46,044 bases of DNA, taken from Candidatus Thorarchaeota archaeon. Its GTDB lineage: Archaea; Asgardarchaeota; Thorarchaeia; Thorarchaeales; Thorarchaeaceae. Location: positions 1-46,044 of the forward strand of contig RDNZ01000023.1 of NCBI GenBank assembly GCA_011364905.1, given 5' to 3'. A program made the position numbers and the translations under genes. This document shows, piece by piece, positions 36,891-46,044 of this stretch (positions are counted from its first letter, which is position 1; every line of letters begins with the position of its first letter). The notes below the pieces were generated by a model. It saw only the letters and a list, made by a program, of their open reading frames with translations, did no database searches and was not told the origin of the DNA.

Positions 36891-37925
36891 TTGACAAAAC
36901 CAATTGAATTCGCAGGTCTTACAGTAAAAAACAGATTCGTGATGCCGCCAATGGTACGGGGCCTATCTTCAAAGGATGGATCTGTGACTGATGCCCTTAT
37001 CCAACATTATGAGAAACGCAGCAAAGGACAGGTTGGACTCATTATAGTTGAGGCATCAGCCATAGCTTGGGAACACCGGATTGGCATGAAGAACATTGGA
37101 ATTCATGATGATAACATGATTCCGGGACTGAAAAGGCTCGCAGAGGCGATAAAGGCTCATGGGGCACGAGCCTTCATCCAGATTAACCACTCCGGCTCAA
37201 AAACACACTTCAAGACAAGATATGTTGGTCCCTCCGACATCCCTGTCGTGAAACACAAAGTACCAGAGCCACTCTCTACTGATGAGATTAATGACATAAC
37301 GCAGATGTTTGTCGATGCAGCGAGAAGAGCTATGGAAGCGGGATTTGATGGCGTAGAGATCCACGGAGCTCATTACTATCTCTTGAGTGAGTTTCTCTCA
37401 GGTTACACAAATCGCAGAATAGATGACTACGGTGGAACGACGAAAAAGAAAGCGAAGTTCTCTGTGGACGTGATACGAGCCATTCGAAGAGAGCTGGGTG
37501 ACTACCCGCTTATCTTCCGAATGAATGGATTCGAAAATGTTGAGAATGGAATCACAATGGATGAAGGCATTGAGATTGCACGAATCATAGAAGGCGCAGG
37601 GATTGATGTACTCCATATCTCATGCGTCGTAGACTCTACTTTCAACCCAGCGCTTCCTCCACTCTTCGACAGAGAAACGCAACCGGATTTTCTCAGAGAT
37701 TACCCTTACGACTCTTGCATTCCAATTGCTGGACACATTAGAAACCATGTGATCATTCCAGTGATAGGCGTTGGACAAGTCCGTGACGGCAAAATGGTAA
37801 AGAAAGTCATGAAGGACGACATGTGCGACATGCTCGGTATTGGAAGAGGATTACTTGCTGACCCACTGTTTGTCCAGAAGATACTGGAAAACCGGGAGAA
37901 GGAAATAATCCCATGGAAAGAGTGA
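36891..37925 (+). CDS. NADH:flavin oxidoreductase (old yellow enzyme family)
   Basis: KNRFVMPPM, QINHSG, AGFDGVEIHGAH.YLL, NRR.DDYGG, GRGLLADP. Confidence 0.93.
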   Translation: MTKPIEFAGLTVKNRFVMPPMVRGLSSKDGSVTDALIQHYEKRSKGQVGLIIVEASAIAWEHRIGMKNIGIHDDNMIPGLKRLAEAIKAHGARAFIQINHSGSKTHFKTRYVGPSDIPVVKHKVPEPLSTDEINDITQMFVDAARRAMEAGFDGVEIHGAHYYLLSEFLSGYTNRRIDDYGGTTKKKAKFSVDVIRAIRRELGDYPLIFRMNGFENVENGITMDEGIEIARIIEGAGIDVLHISCVVDSTFNPALPPLFDRETQPDFLRDYPYDSCIPIAGHIRNHVIIPVIGVGQVRDGKMVKKVMKDDMCDMLGIGRGLLADPLFVQKILENREKEIIPWKE

Positions 37926-37927
37926 TC

Positions 37928-38833
37928 TCAAGATGTCGGAAATTGAGCAGCCTCGAACCTGAATCTTTGACCCTCATTGAAAATGTCTTTGGGATCTATT
38001 ACCATGAATGCAAACCGATAGGTCAATGTTGTTGCAGTGCTGGACCAAAAGAAGTATTCTGGTGGTAGAATGAACGATTTACTCCACTTTGTGCAGAGAG
38101 AACTGAAATAGCCCTCGACCTTGGGTTGAGAACAAGTCTTTTCCATCTCGATATCAAAAGTGTAGCGATATACTTCATCTCCTCTAGTCAGAAACTTCAG
38201 CTTCTCGACAGCATTTTCAAACCTTGAGTCCTCATCATCATCAGGGTCAAAAATCTCATGTTGATACTTCATGCCTCGTTCATCGAAGAAATCATCTATT
38301 CGGACACGGAAGTTCGTGAGCCGCGAGTCGATAGTAGCGGAGTTTGGGACGAACTGTCTTGTGTGGTCAGTTCGTAGAACGCGTGTATAGTTTAGAGTGA
38401 TTTCTAGAACAATTCCCTCAGTTTCCCCCAGTCGAATGTAGTCCCCAACCCGGAAAGGTCTCGCCACCAGGACATAGAGCCCACTGACGATGTTTGAGAG
38501 AGCTCTTGAAAAGGCAAGGCCAATAGCAGTACCAATCAGGGCACCACCCGCGACTACATACTGCGCTATGGATTCACCGACTGCTGAGAGAAGAACCAGA
38601 AACGCCACTGAAAAGAAGAACAGACGGACCCCGAATATCGTCCCTCCCGTCGCTTCCCTTGGCATCCCGACCTTCTTGAAGGAAACTCTGATTGAACGTA
38701 TGACTATCAGGTATAGGAGGTAAAGAATTATGAAAAAGGGAATCAGAGCTATGAATCCAGCATATTCTCCTAATCCCCATGGAGCAAGTAAACTCCGGAT
38801 GTATTCAACAAATTGGAAAAATATGTCTTGCAA
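37928..38833 (-). CDS. mscS: Small-conductance mechanosensitive channel family protein
   Basis: AIGLAF..ALSNIVSGL....RPFRVGDYI, G.V.EITL..T, VPNS; start uncertain (TTG 38833 chosen). Confidence 0.85.
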   Translation of the reverse strand: MQDIFFQFVEYIRSLLAPWGLGEYAGFIALIPFFIILYLLYLIVIRSIRVSFKKVGMPREATGGTIFGVRLFFFSVAFLVLLSAVGESIAQYVVAGGALIGTAIGLAFSRALSNIVSGLYVLVARPFRVGDYIRLGETEGIVLEITLNYTRVLRTDHTRQFVPNSATIDSRLTNFRVRIDDFFDERGMKYQHEIFDPDDDEDSRFENAVEKLKFLTRGDEVYRYTFDIEMEKTCSQPKVEGYFSSLCTKWSKSFILPPEYFFWSSTATTLTYRFAFMVIDPKDIFNEGQRFRFEAAQFPTS

Positions 38834-38956
38834 GGTCTTTCTGTCTCTCCGAGTGATAAGCGAAGTGTGCGCTTGGATGATTAATCCTTTTGGGTGAGAG
38901 AGATTAGAAACGCACAATAGCTAGGTCTTAATACGAAGGAATCTGAAGAAACGTGT

Positions 38957-39949
38957 ATGAAGTGGAAGGAGATTGCAGGTCAAAAGACGGTTGATTGGAT
39001 ACTTGGACCAGAGAATCCAAGTGTCAGATTCTGGGCACTCCAACAACTAGAGGGAAAACCCGCCAATCATCGTGATGTAAGAGATGCACAGGATGCTGTG
39101 ATGGCAACGCCGTGCGTGAAAGCAATCCTCAATGCCCAGAAAGGAGAGGGATATTGGGGACAGTATCGTGACATGTACAATCCCAAGTACACAGCTATAA
39201 CCCACACCCTACTGATTTTGGCAGAGCTAGGTGCCAAGAGAACGCCCAAGATTGAGCAAGCAATAGAACATGTTTTTCTATTCCAAAGAGACTCGGGGCA
39301 CTTTCTGGCAGATATGCCAAAGACTGCGAAGGGAAAAGCAAGTGTAGTGAAAGATGGATGCTGTCTGGACGGCAACATTCTGTACTATCTAATTCATTTT
39401 GGGTATCTGAATGATGATAGGACGAAGAGGCTGATAGACTTCCAAGTGGATTATCATTCAGACGATGTAGGAGGCTGGAAGTGCAGGGCGTTTCCAATTG
39501 ACAAGAATGGTGTTTATCCAGAGAACTGTTTTATGGGAGGTGCAAAGATGCTCAGAGCTTTGGCTCAGATCCCAAAGGCCCAGAGATCTTCAGACCTGGA
39601 CCGAATCATAGACCAAGAGGTCGAGGTTATTCTAGAGAATGGCATCTACAGGTACCTTCGAAATCCGGATGGGAGCAGGAAAGACAAAGCAGGATGGAAG
39701 AGGTTTGGCTTTCCACTCTTTTATCAATCAGATGTCCTAGAGGTTCTGGATACCCTGACCACGCTTGGAGTCAAGGACAACAGAATGCAGGACTCAATCG
39801 ATCTTGTCGAAGAAAGCCAACAATCGGGTAGGTGGCTTCTCAAGAATACCTTCAATGGCAAGATGCTCTGCGTGATTGAAGAGAAGAACAAACCATCAAA
39901 GTGGATAACACTCAGGGCTCTTAGAGTTCTTCTGAGATTCTATGGCTAA
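38957..39949 (+). CDS. Alpha/alpha-barrel protein with QW-like repeats (terpene cyclase/prenyltransferase-beta-like fold), function unknown
   Basis: Repeats AQKGEGYW, FQRDSGHF, DDVGGWKC, SQQSGRW; FGFPLFY and SKWIT. Confidence 0.65.
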   Translation: MKWKEIAGQKTVDWILGPENPSVRFWALQQLEGKPANHRDVRDAQDAVMATPCVKAILNAQKGEGYWGQYRDMYNPKYTAITHTLLILAELGAKRTPKIEQAIEHVFLFQRDSGHFLADMPKTAKGKASVVKDGCCLDGNILYYLIHFGYLNDDRTKRLIDFQVDYHSDDVGGWKCRAFPIDKNGVYPENCFMGGAKMLRALAQIPKAQRSSDLDRIIDQEVEVILENGIYRYLRNPDGSRKDKAGWKRFGFPLFYQSDVLEVLDTLTTLGVKDNRMQDSIDLVEESQQSGRWLLKNTFNGKMLCVIEEKNKPSKWITLRALRVLLRFYG

Positions 39950-39960
39950 TCAGCGGAATG

Positions 39961-40431
39961 TCAAAACAATCTAACAATGAATCGCCAACTGCACGGATTG
40001 TCAAGGTAACCATGATACAGCACTCCAACGATTGGAGAGGTACCAATTGTGGTCTTAGAAACCAGAGGTCGTGTACTCGGTTGCGTTGTAAAAAGAGAGG
40101 ACCCTGTTAAGATGCTAAGAACAGTATTCGAATTGTCTGCGAATTCAATCAAAAAGTATGCAGTATAGTCAGCATCCTGAATTTGCCCCGGATAAATCCA
40201 GTACATGAACGTGAAGTTGACTGAATGAAAGGTCACAGTATATGAAACATTGTTGTTGGGAGTATACCTTTCGCTGATATACCATAGACTTCCTTGGTCT
40301 TGGACCCAGCCAACTCCCATATAGTGGATATCGAAAACGAGTAACAATGTCATGGATATCATGATGCATATTGAAAACGCCATCAGTATCTTCGCGTTTC
40401 TTTTCCTTCTTTCCAAATTCCGTGCCTTCAC
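39961..40431 (-). CDS. Hypothetical single-TM protein
   Basis: Basic N-terminus, one TM helix, beta-rich body; GTGA overlap with the upstream gene. Confidence 0.6.
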   Translation of the reverse strand: MKARNLERRKRNAKILMAFSICIMISMTLLLVFDIHYMGVGWVQDQGSLWYISERYTPNNNVSYTVTFHSVNFTFMYWIYPGQIQDADYTAYFLIEFADNSNTVLSILTGSSLFTTQPSTRPLVSKTTIGTSPIVGVLYHGYLDNPCSWRFIVRLF

Positions 40432-40937
40432 TGTCTGTCAGCAGGTATCGTTACCTTGTACGAAGCCTCCGTATGGTTCCCCCGTAGCTCCATAAGACCA
40501 TATCCTAGTCCGTAGCAAAACACTGTTGGTTCAGGTATCATCTTGATGTAAACAAACTCACTCCCTAGGTCATCTGCATCAGTCTGGAGGTTCATTCGTC
40601 CAATCCGTGATTGGCTCATTGCCCAACGCCCATCAACATCGTTATCTGGAAGAATCTCTGCGGTTCCTCGGAACATGGCGTAGCTCGCAGGAGCAAAACG
40701 AATCCAGTAATGTGGAAAGGTGACGACAAGGGACACATTTGGATTTCGTTTGATGTTCCTCACCTTCGCGTATTGGGAACCAGATATGCTATAGAGTGCG
40801 AAGGGTTTCTCTGGATGACTTACAGCATAGATTATCCCAGTACTGTGAGGCCGTCCCTTTGAGTCAATAGTCGTCAAGACTCCAAAGGATTTCTTCCTCA
40901 CTTTCTCTTCTATGAAATCAAAAGTGAATTCAGTCAT
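40428..40937 (-). CDS. Pyridoxamine 5'-phosphate oxidase-like flavin/F420-binding split-barrel protein
   Basis: GVLTTI..KGRPHS, KVRNIKRNPNVSL, RGTAEI. Confidence 0.85.
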   Translation of the reverse strand: MTEFTFDFIEEKVRKKSFGVLTTIDSKGRPHSTGIIYAVSHPEKPFALYSISGSQYAKVRNIKRNPNVSLVVTFPHYWIRFAPASYAMFRGTAEILPDNDVDGRWAMSQSRIGRMNLQTDADDLGSEFVYIKMIPEPTVFCYGLGYGLMELRGNHTEASYKVTIPADRQ

Positions 40938-40958
40938 CCTCTCACCTACTGCACTTCA

Positions 40959-42536
40959 TTATTCATTTAATCGCTTATACATTGATTTGTTGTTCTTGTA
41001 GACATTAAGAAACTCCTTGAACAGCGTATCGTACAGGTCACGATTGGCAGGATTGGGTTCAAAGATCTTGGAGTATTGGATTAAGTTGGGAATATCATCA
41101 AAGGTACAAAAGCCCAAGCCTGTCGCAGCGATGAAGGCGGCCCCACGTGCATTTGCCATTATTGGATCTTTGAGTTGTCTAACTGTCCTGTTGAGAATAT
41201 CGGCGAATATTTGACACCAGATATCAGATTGAGCTCCTCCACCAATTATGTTCACAGGGTCCATTTTGCGTTTGATGAACTTCTCAACCAACTCGAACAA
41301 CCACTTAGTGTTGAATGCTACACCCTCGAAAACAGCCCGAATCAGGTCTTCCCGCTTTACAGTGAGAGACATGTTGTGAAAGCCACCCCTTACATTGTGG
41401 TCCTCAATGGGAGTGCGTTCTCCATACAACCATGGTGTGAAAATCAATCCATTACTCCCTGGTGGAGACCCCTTCACGATCTCATCGAACTCCTGAAACA
41501 CTTTAGGATTACCCTTGCGAGATTCATCATCTGGATAGAAGATGTTGTCTCTCAGGAAGTTCAAACAGGCCCCAGCACTCTCCTGCTCATTGGCGATGAA
41601 GTATCGACCAGGTATAGAGGAAGGCACAGCTGCCATGTTATGCGAGATGTCTGTCTTCTTGAATGGAACATGGCAAGTTGTCCAGCTGCTGGTACCTATG
41701 TAGATATGGCCCTCGAAGTCACGCACTGCCCCGGAACCAACAATTGCTGATTGCAGGTCAGGAGAGCCTACTATCACTTGCGTGTCCTCTCGGACTCCCA
41801 ACTCTCGGGCGATCTCTGGCTTTATTGGTCCTAGGACATCTATGGAACTCATCAACGGTGGTAGTTTTTCGGGATCAATGCCGATTTTCTTGATGAGCCC
41901 TTTGTTGTAGTGGACATTGTTGATGTCACGTATGTTCGTGACCCAATGGAGCATGATCGAATCATAGGAGGCGGCGAATTTTCCAGTCAGCTTTAGGTTC
42001 ATGTAGTCCTTGGGCTCGAGAAACTTGTAGGTTGATTGATAGACATTGGGATATTCGTTCTTCAGGTAGAGAATATGAGCTGCTGGATCTTTGCCCGATT
42101 TTGCAGGAAGACCGCCAGTACTTCTTAACCAGCGAGCGATATTGAGTATGCCATACCCTGAGATGTTAATGATACCCTCGTTTATCTTTCTGATATATGG
42201 CTCGCCACGCGAGTCCATCCAGATGATGGCATTGTGGAGGTGAACACCTTTCTCGTCAACAGCAACGGTTCCCGACCATTGGCTTGACACACAGATTGCT
42301 ACAATTTCCGTTGTTGGGACAATATTCTTGGATAAAAGTCGCTTCGTAGCGATGATAAAAGCACTCCACCACTCATCAGGGTCCTGCTCAGCTCCACCAT
42401 CATCGAAGAGGTAAAGCGGGGTCTCTTCAATCTCGAACCCAAGTATCGCTCCGCATGTATCTGCGAGCGCGACCTTCATTCCTGATGTCCCATGGTCTAC
42501 TGCAATCACATATTTTGTTTCTCTCTCGGAAGGCAT
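40959..42536 (-). CDS. FGGY family carbohydrate kinase (xylulokinase-like)
   Basis: AVDHGTSGMK, EQDP..WW, WMDSR, PWLYGERTP, EGVA, GGGAQS. Confidence 0.92.
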   Translation of the reverse strand: MPSERETKYVIAVDHGTSGMKVALADTCGAILGFEIEETPLYLFDDGGAEQDPDEWWSAFIIATKRLLSKNIVPTTEIVAICVSSQWSGTVAVDEKGVHLHNAIIWMDSRGEPYIRKINEGIINISGYGILNIARWLRSTGGLPAKSGKDPAAHILYLKNEYPNVYQSTYKFLEPKDYMNLKLTGKFAASYDSIMLHWVTNIRDINNVHYNKGLIKKIGIDPEKLPPLMSSIDVLGPIKPEIARELGVREDTQVIVGSPDLQSAIVGSGAVRDFEGHIYIGTSSWTTCHVPFKKTDISHNMAAVPSSIPGRYFIANEQESAGACLNFLRDNIFYPDDESRKGNPKVFQEFDEIVKGSPPGSNGLIFTPWLYGERTPIEDHNVRGGFHNMSLTVKREDLIRAVFEGVAFNTKWLFELVEKFIKRKMDPVNIIGGGAQSDIWCQIFADILNRTVRQLKDPIMANARGAAFIAATGLGFCTFDDIPNLIQYSKIFEPNPANRDLYDTLFKEFLNVYKNNKSMYKRLNE

Positions 42537-42595
42537 TTCTCAACACGGTGTTCCCCATGGTCAAACCGCCATATATAGAATGGCTCAGAAAGGAT

Positions 42596-43819
42596 TCACA
42601 TCTCTACTTGTTCTCTATTGCCATCCTTGTCGATTAACTCAATAATCAGTGGAGACCCTTCCCCAGTCATTCCATCCAGACTGAGATACTCCTGCATCAA
42701 GCCAAGGAAGTCAAGCGGATTAACGCAAGCTTCAGGAGGGAGCACCCCCTTTCCTGAGATCTTTTTCCGATGCGTCAGGATGGCTCCAAAGGCTGCAGGA
42801 ATTCCAGTCCCTTCGCCCATTGATTGGCCAACGGATGACATCTGGAAATTGTACTGTCTGAACTGACCATCCTCAAAGCCCTTGACAGTAATCCTAAGGC
42901 ATCCTCGTTGTTCACCAAACTTAGTTTCCCGAAGGAGGCGTTCTCTCTCCTTGATTACATAGGCTATTGCAAAATCTCGAGGAGATACTAGCTGCCCATG
43001 AACCTCAATTGGATCTTCGCTAACGGCACCAACTCTGACAATGTCCTGTGTCAATTGATAGTATTCCGGAGGAAGCACACAACCAAGGTTGGTCACCCTC
43101 TTGCACTTGATGTACCTTGGTAAAGTAATGGTTTCTGGGTGTGGATAGGGATAACAGGTGAACGAACCAATCTGATGAAAATCGACCAACTCTCGCAGAG
43201 CAATGCCATCCTCGCCAAAGTAATCAACTGTGGTGTACTCTCCATTCAGATACACAGGAATTGGAGTGGTCATACTGTGGATTCTATGCGCCACGACAGC
43301 AGGACCTTCTGAAGGTTCGCCACCGTGAGCATGAAATATGTCGATAGACTCGACTTCATCTAGCATGTGTGTTGCACAGAACTTGGCAAGAAGGTTTGCA
43401 ACACCAGGAGAACTACCCATGCCAATGAGTGCTGAGATCTCGGCCTTCTCTGCACTTTCACTCATGTCCAAGAGTTTTCGAGTGGCATCCAAGTCGTCAC
43501 AGATATCGACATAATCGACCCTGGAATCAATCACTGCTCTCATTATAGTAGGTCCGAGTTTATAGAATGGACCCGAGCAGTTAAGCACAATATCAGCATC
43601 TTTGATCACTTTCTTGACCATAGTCAAATCAGTCAAATCCACTTCAGCTGAATCCAGACGCGAGTCCCCCATCTCCGCTACATACATGTCTGCTTTCTCT
43701 TTGTTGATGTCTCCAATGATAATCTCATCGAAGTCGTCAGTTGCCACAAGCGCCTTCACTGCTTGCGTCCCAACAATGCCACAACCACCTAGGACAACGA
43801 TGCGAGACATACTCAACAT
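42596..43819 (-). CDS. Saccharopine dehydrogenase-like NAD(P)-dependent oxidoreductase
   Basis: VLGGCGIVG, NCSGPFY, YVDICDD, GMGSSPG, HPE, GVLPPE. Confidence 0.88.
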   Translation of the reverse strand: MLSMSRIVVLGGCGIVGTQAVKALVATDDFDEIIIGDINKEKADMYVAEMGDSRLDSAEVDLTDLTMVKKVIKDADIVLNCSGPFYKLGPTIMRAVIDSRVDYVDICDDLDATRKLLDMSESAEKAEISALIGMGSSPGVANLLAKFCATHMLDEVESIDIFHAHGGEPSEGPAVVAHRIHSMTTPIPVYLNGEYTTVDYFGEDGIALRELVDFHQIGSFTCYPYPHPETITLPRYIKCKRVTNLGCVLPPEYYQLTQDIVRVGAVSEDPIEVHGQLVSPRDFAIAYVIKERERLLRETKFGEQRGCLRITVKGFEDGQFRQYNFQMSSVGQSMGEGTGIPAAFGAILTHRKKISGKGVLPPEACVNPLDFLGLMQEYLSLDGMTGEGSPLIIELIDKDGNREQVEM

Positions 43820-43883
43820 AGAGATATTCCACTATTTAGTTACTTAGTTCTGGATTGGAGGATTGAATTCATACAGAGAGATA

Positions 43884-44489
43884 CTATAACAACCACGAAG
43901 TCTCGCTGAAGTGCAATCCGGTTCCTATGGGTCCATTCTCGGGATTGTTTTTCATTATGAAGCGAGGTAGTACTCGACCTTTCGAATCAAACCTGACACC
44001 CTCCATTTCAAGAATTCGCCTCTTCATCTCAAGTCCGCCTTGGAATCCACCTAGAGTTCTATCTGTTCTGATTGCTCTATGACAGGGAATAATGATGGGA
44101 AATGGGTTACGAGCAAGAGCATTACCAACTGCGCGATATGCAGTTGAATCAATCTTTCTCGCCACACTTCCATATGATGCCACTTTCCCATAGGGAATTG
44201 ACCACTCTGCTTTGAGTACTTCGATTTGAAATGGATAACACACTGAGAAATCAAGCACATCAAGAGGGAACTTTACATGCCCTCCATTAAAGTAATCTAC
44301 TAGCAAAGCCTCCACTGAATCAAAGGAATTAGATGAAGCTCTGGCATGAGGATACCGTAGTTGCACAGCTTTAAGGGCATCCTTCTTTGTTCGAGGAAGA
44401 ACTACACCTACTATTCCATCTTTGGTTATTTCACGATGAATGACACTGACGTAACCAAGTGAAGTTTCTACTAGTGTGAAATACATCAT
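43884..44489 (-). CDS. ogt: Methylated-DNA--protein-cysteine methyltransferase
   Basis: IPYG...SYG, RAVGNA...NP, PCHR active site; start reassigned to ATG 44489 (AGGAG RBS). Confidence 0.93.
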   Translation of the reverse strand: MMYFTLVETSLGYVSVIHREITKDGIVGVVLPRTKKDALKAVQLRYPHARASSNSFDSVEALLVDYFNGGHVKFPLDVLDFSVCYPFQIEVLKAEWSIPYGKVASYGSVARKIDSTAYRAVGNALARNPFPIIIPCHRAIRTDRTLGGFQGGLEMKRRILEMEGVRFDSKGRVLPRFIMKNNPENGPIGTGLHFSETSWLL

Positions 44490-44592
44490 CTGATCTCCTT
44501 GACAGGGCAAGGAGAATATGAACTTCAAGTTAAGGATTCTACTCTGCTTCTCCGAGAGAAACCCAGCTACGGCAAATTATTGGTTATCTATA

Positions 44593-44880
44593 CTACGCCT
44601 GTGTTGCTAGATGTCTCATAATATCTAGAGCTTTCAAGATTCCAGGATTAGAGATCGAATACAACTTTCGCGTACCATCACGTCTTACGGCAAGGATTCC
44701 AGAGCGAACAAGCTGCGAAAGGTATGAGGAAACGGTGGATTGTGAGAGGCCAATTGTGGGAAAGATATCACACTGACACATCTCACCATCAAGAACTAGC
44801 TCTACAATTTGAAGACGTACAGGATTACTTAGTGCTTTGTGAAATTCAGCACGCCACATAAGATCAGCTTCTTCACTCAT
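44593..44880 (-). CDS. ArsR/SmtB metalloregulator with CxC site
   Basis: FHKALSNPVRLQI, EMCQCDI, LSQSTVS..L. Confidence 0.9.
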   Translation of the reverse strand: MSEEADLMWRAEFHKALSNPVRLQIVELVLDGEMCQCDIFPTIGLSQSTVSSYLSQLVRSGILAVRRDGTRKLYSISNPGILKALDIMRHLATQA

Positions 44881-44886
44881 TATGGT

Positions 44887-45294
44887 TCACTCCCAAGTGT
44901 TTCTGAGTTCATCCACATGACTAGCAATATCATTAGAAAGTTTCTCAACTAAGTCTGAACTACTTTCTTGAATATGCCATTTCTCTTCATCCTTGAGAGA
45001 GATAAAATCAGGATAGTCTTCAAGATTAATCTCAACTGCTGGTTTGTTACTAAATCTTGCAGTACCGATAGCAGCACACATCTTTCCACAACCATCTACA
45101 GTAATAGTTGGAAATCTTTTTGCAAATCCACGCTCACCCTCACCACCTGCGAGGAATAGAGGAAGACAGATGGTTGCAGTTTCATCTGGCCTTAAATTGT
45201 GAAGGACTCGTAATGTTGCCTCTCTTGAGATATTTCCTCCAGGGCAATCCTCACCACTACAGGAAATTATTCCGACTTTTGGTAATTCACTCAT
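44887..45294 (-). CDS. DGC-domain putative zinc-binding protein
   Basis: SCSG, TICLP, VDGCxxxCA. Confidence 0.85.
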   Translation of the reverse strand: MSELPKVGIISCSGEDCPGGNISREATLRVLHNLRPDETATICLPLFLAGGEGERGFAKRFPTITVDGCGKMCAAIGTARFSNKPAVEINLEDYPDFISLKDEEKWHIQESSSDLVEKLSNDIASHVDELRNTWE

Positions 45295-45685
45295 CTCTAT
45301 CACTCTCCTCTTCCAGAATCACGTTTACAATATCCTTTGCTAGAAGCACACCATTAGGTCCAATATCCAAGATAGAACCAGGTTTGTGGTCAGTATTCTT
45401 TGCTAGTATTTTGGGAACCACGACCTCCATAGCAACATCCACTCCTGTACGTTCAACACATAGTGTTGCGCATTTTTTCGGACAACCATCAATCGTATAC
45501 ACACGGGATTGTTTGAGGAGATTGATTGCCTTCTGATCACCTGCGACAAGAAGAGGAAGACAAATTGTTCTATAGTCTTCTCCATTGCCAGTTTTAGTTA
45601 GTTGATACGTGGCTTCTCGTGCAACAGTTCCAAAGGCTTTCCCAATTCCACTACAGGGAATGACTACTCGTTTTGCATCACTCAT
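45287..45685 (-). CDS. DGC-domain putative zinc-binding protein (paralog)
   Basis: PCSG, TICLP, IDGCxxxCA. Confidence 0.85.
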   Translation of the reverse strand: MSDAKRVVIPCSGIGKAFGTVAREATYQLTKTGNGEDYRTICLPLLVAGDQKAINLLKQSRVYTIDGCPKKCATLCVERTGVDVAMEVVVPKILAKNTDHKPGSILDIGPNGVLLAKDIVNVILEEESDRDE

Positions 45686-46044
45686 TCAGACACCTTCTTT
45701 CCTAATTCATGTTTAGCTTTCTCAACACCATATGTCAGGTATTCATCTGCGGTCTTCAATAGGTCCATTTCACTACTGTCACTAGGACGTATAACATACA
45801 GCCAACCCTTTTCGTATGGGTCTTCATTTACTAACTCAGGATTATCCGCAAGCACGTTGTTCTTCTCAATGACCGTTCCTGATATTGGAGATATAATCTC
45901 CATGGCAATTTTTGTTGACTCAAAAGAGCCCAATTCGTCACCAAATTCCATCTGGGTTCCAACCTCAGCAAGCTCGACAAAATAAACATCGGAAACCATC
46001 TGTTGAAGGAGGTCTGAGAGACCTATTCTAACCAAGTCATCTTC
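45682..46044 (-). CDS. gcvH: Glycine cleavage H-like lipoyl-carrier protein (5' truncated by window edge)
   Basis: RIGLSD, FESTK (lipoyl Lys), SPISG.V...N, PELVNEDPY..GW; frame open to the window end. Confidence 0.88.
   Translation of the reverse strand, partial: EDDLVRIGLSDLLQQMVSDVYFVELAEVGTQMEFGDELGSFESTKIAMEIISPISGTVIEKNNVLADNPELVNEDPYEKGWLYVIRPSDSSEMDLLKTADEYLTYGVEKAKHELGKKVSE

Noticed and set aside
44887-45685. Selenocysteine in the DGC proteins
   Set aside because: All motif positions are ordinary Cys codons; there is no internal TGA
1-46044. Numerous 60-190 aa antisense or alternate-frame ORFs in the track (e.g. 41175-41750, 28136-28630, 23994-24461, 31471-31944)
   Set aside because: They lie wholly within well-supported genes and lack motifs, so they are shadow ORFs
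1-46044. CRISPR arrays, transposases, integrases, prophage, rRNA/tRNA
   Set aside because: No regularly spaced repeats, terminal inverted repeats, recombinase motifs or structural RNA signatures were seen; intergenic gaps are short

Overview
A gene-dense archaeal chromosomal segment with about 44 CDS. I see no rRNA, tRNA, CRISPR array or mobile element. Gene content and signals suggest an Asgard archaeon, probably Thorarchaeia; this is inference, as no marker gene is present. The supporting signals are TATA-like boxes, GGTGA/GAGGTG ribosome-binding sites, tungsten AOR, a tandem-domain Lrp, a 23-aa LRR protein, SCP2 and a form IV RuBisCO-like protein. Recognisable metabolic blocks are fhs-folD-FTCD (tetrahydrofolate C1), Fe-ADH + AOR, pepD, lplA, an ABC exporter, RLP + old yellow enzyme, FGGY kinase and ogt. 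Three loci stand out. (1) A radical SAM/SPASM enzyme resembling tyramine-excising 'splicease'-type maturases is followed by two paralogous membrane-anchored small proteins with conserved C-terminal X-Tyr-Gly motifs, then a methyltransferase (14.3-17.6 kb). This is a candidate archaeal peptide/protein backbone-modification system. (2) A MurL-like epimerase, Ddl-like ATP-grasp ligase, GNAT and PLP enzyme cluster (2.4-6.4 kb) is a candidate non-ribosomal D-amino-acid peptide pathway. (3) An AT-richer gcvH-DGC-DGC-ArsR cassette lies at the right edge. An operon of two paralogous membrane proteins also has a visible promoter, operator repeats, an intergenic hairpin and a terminator (7.3-10.8 kb). 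All family assignments come from motif recognition by eye, not database searches.
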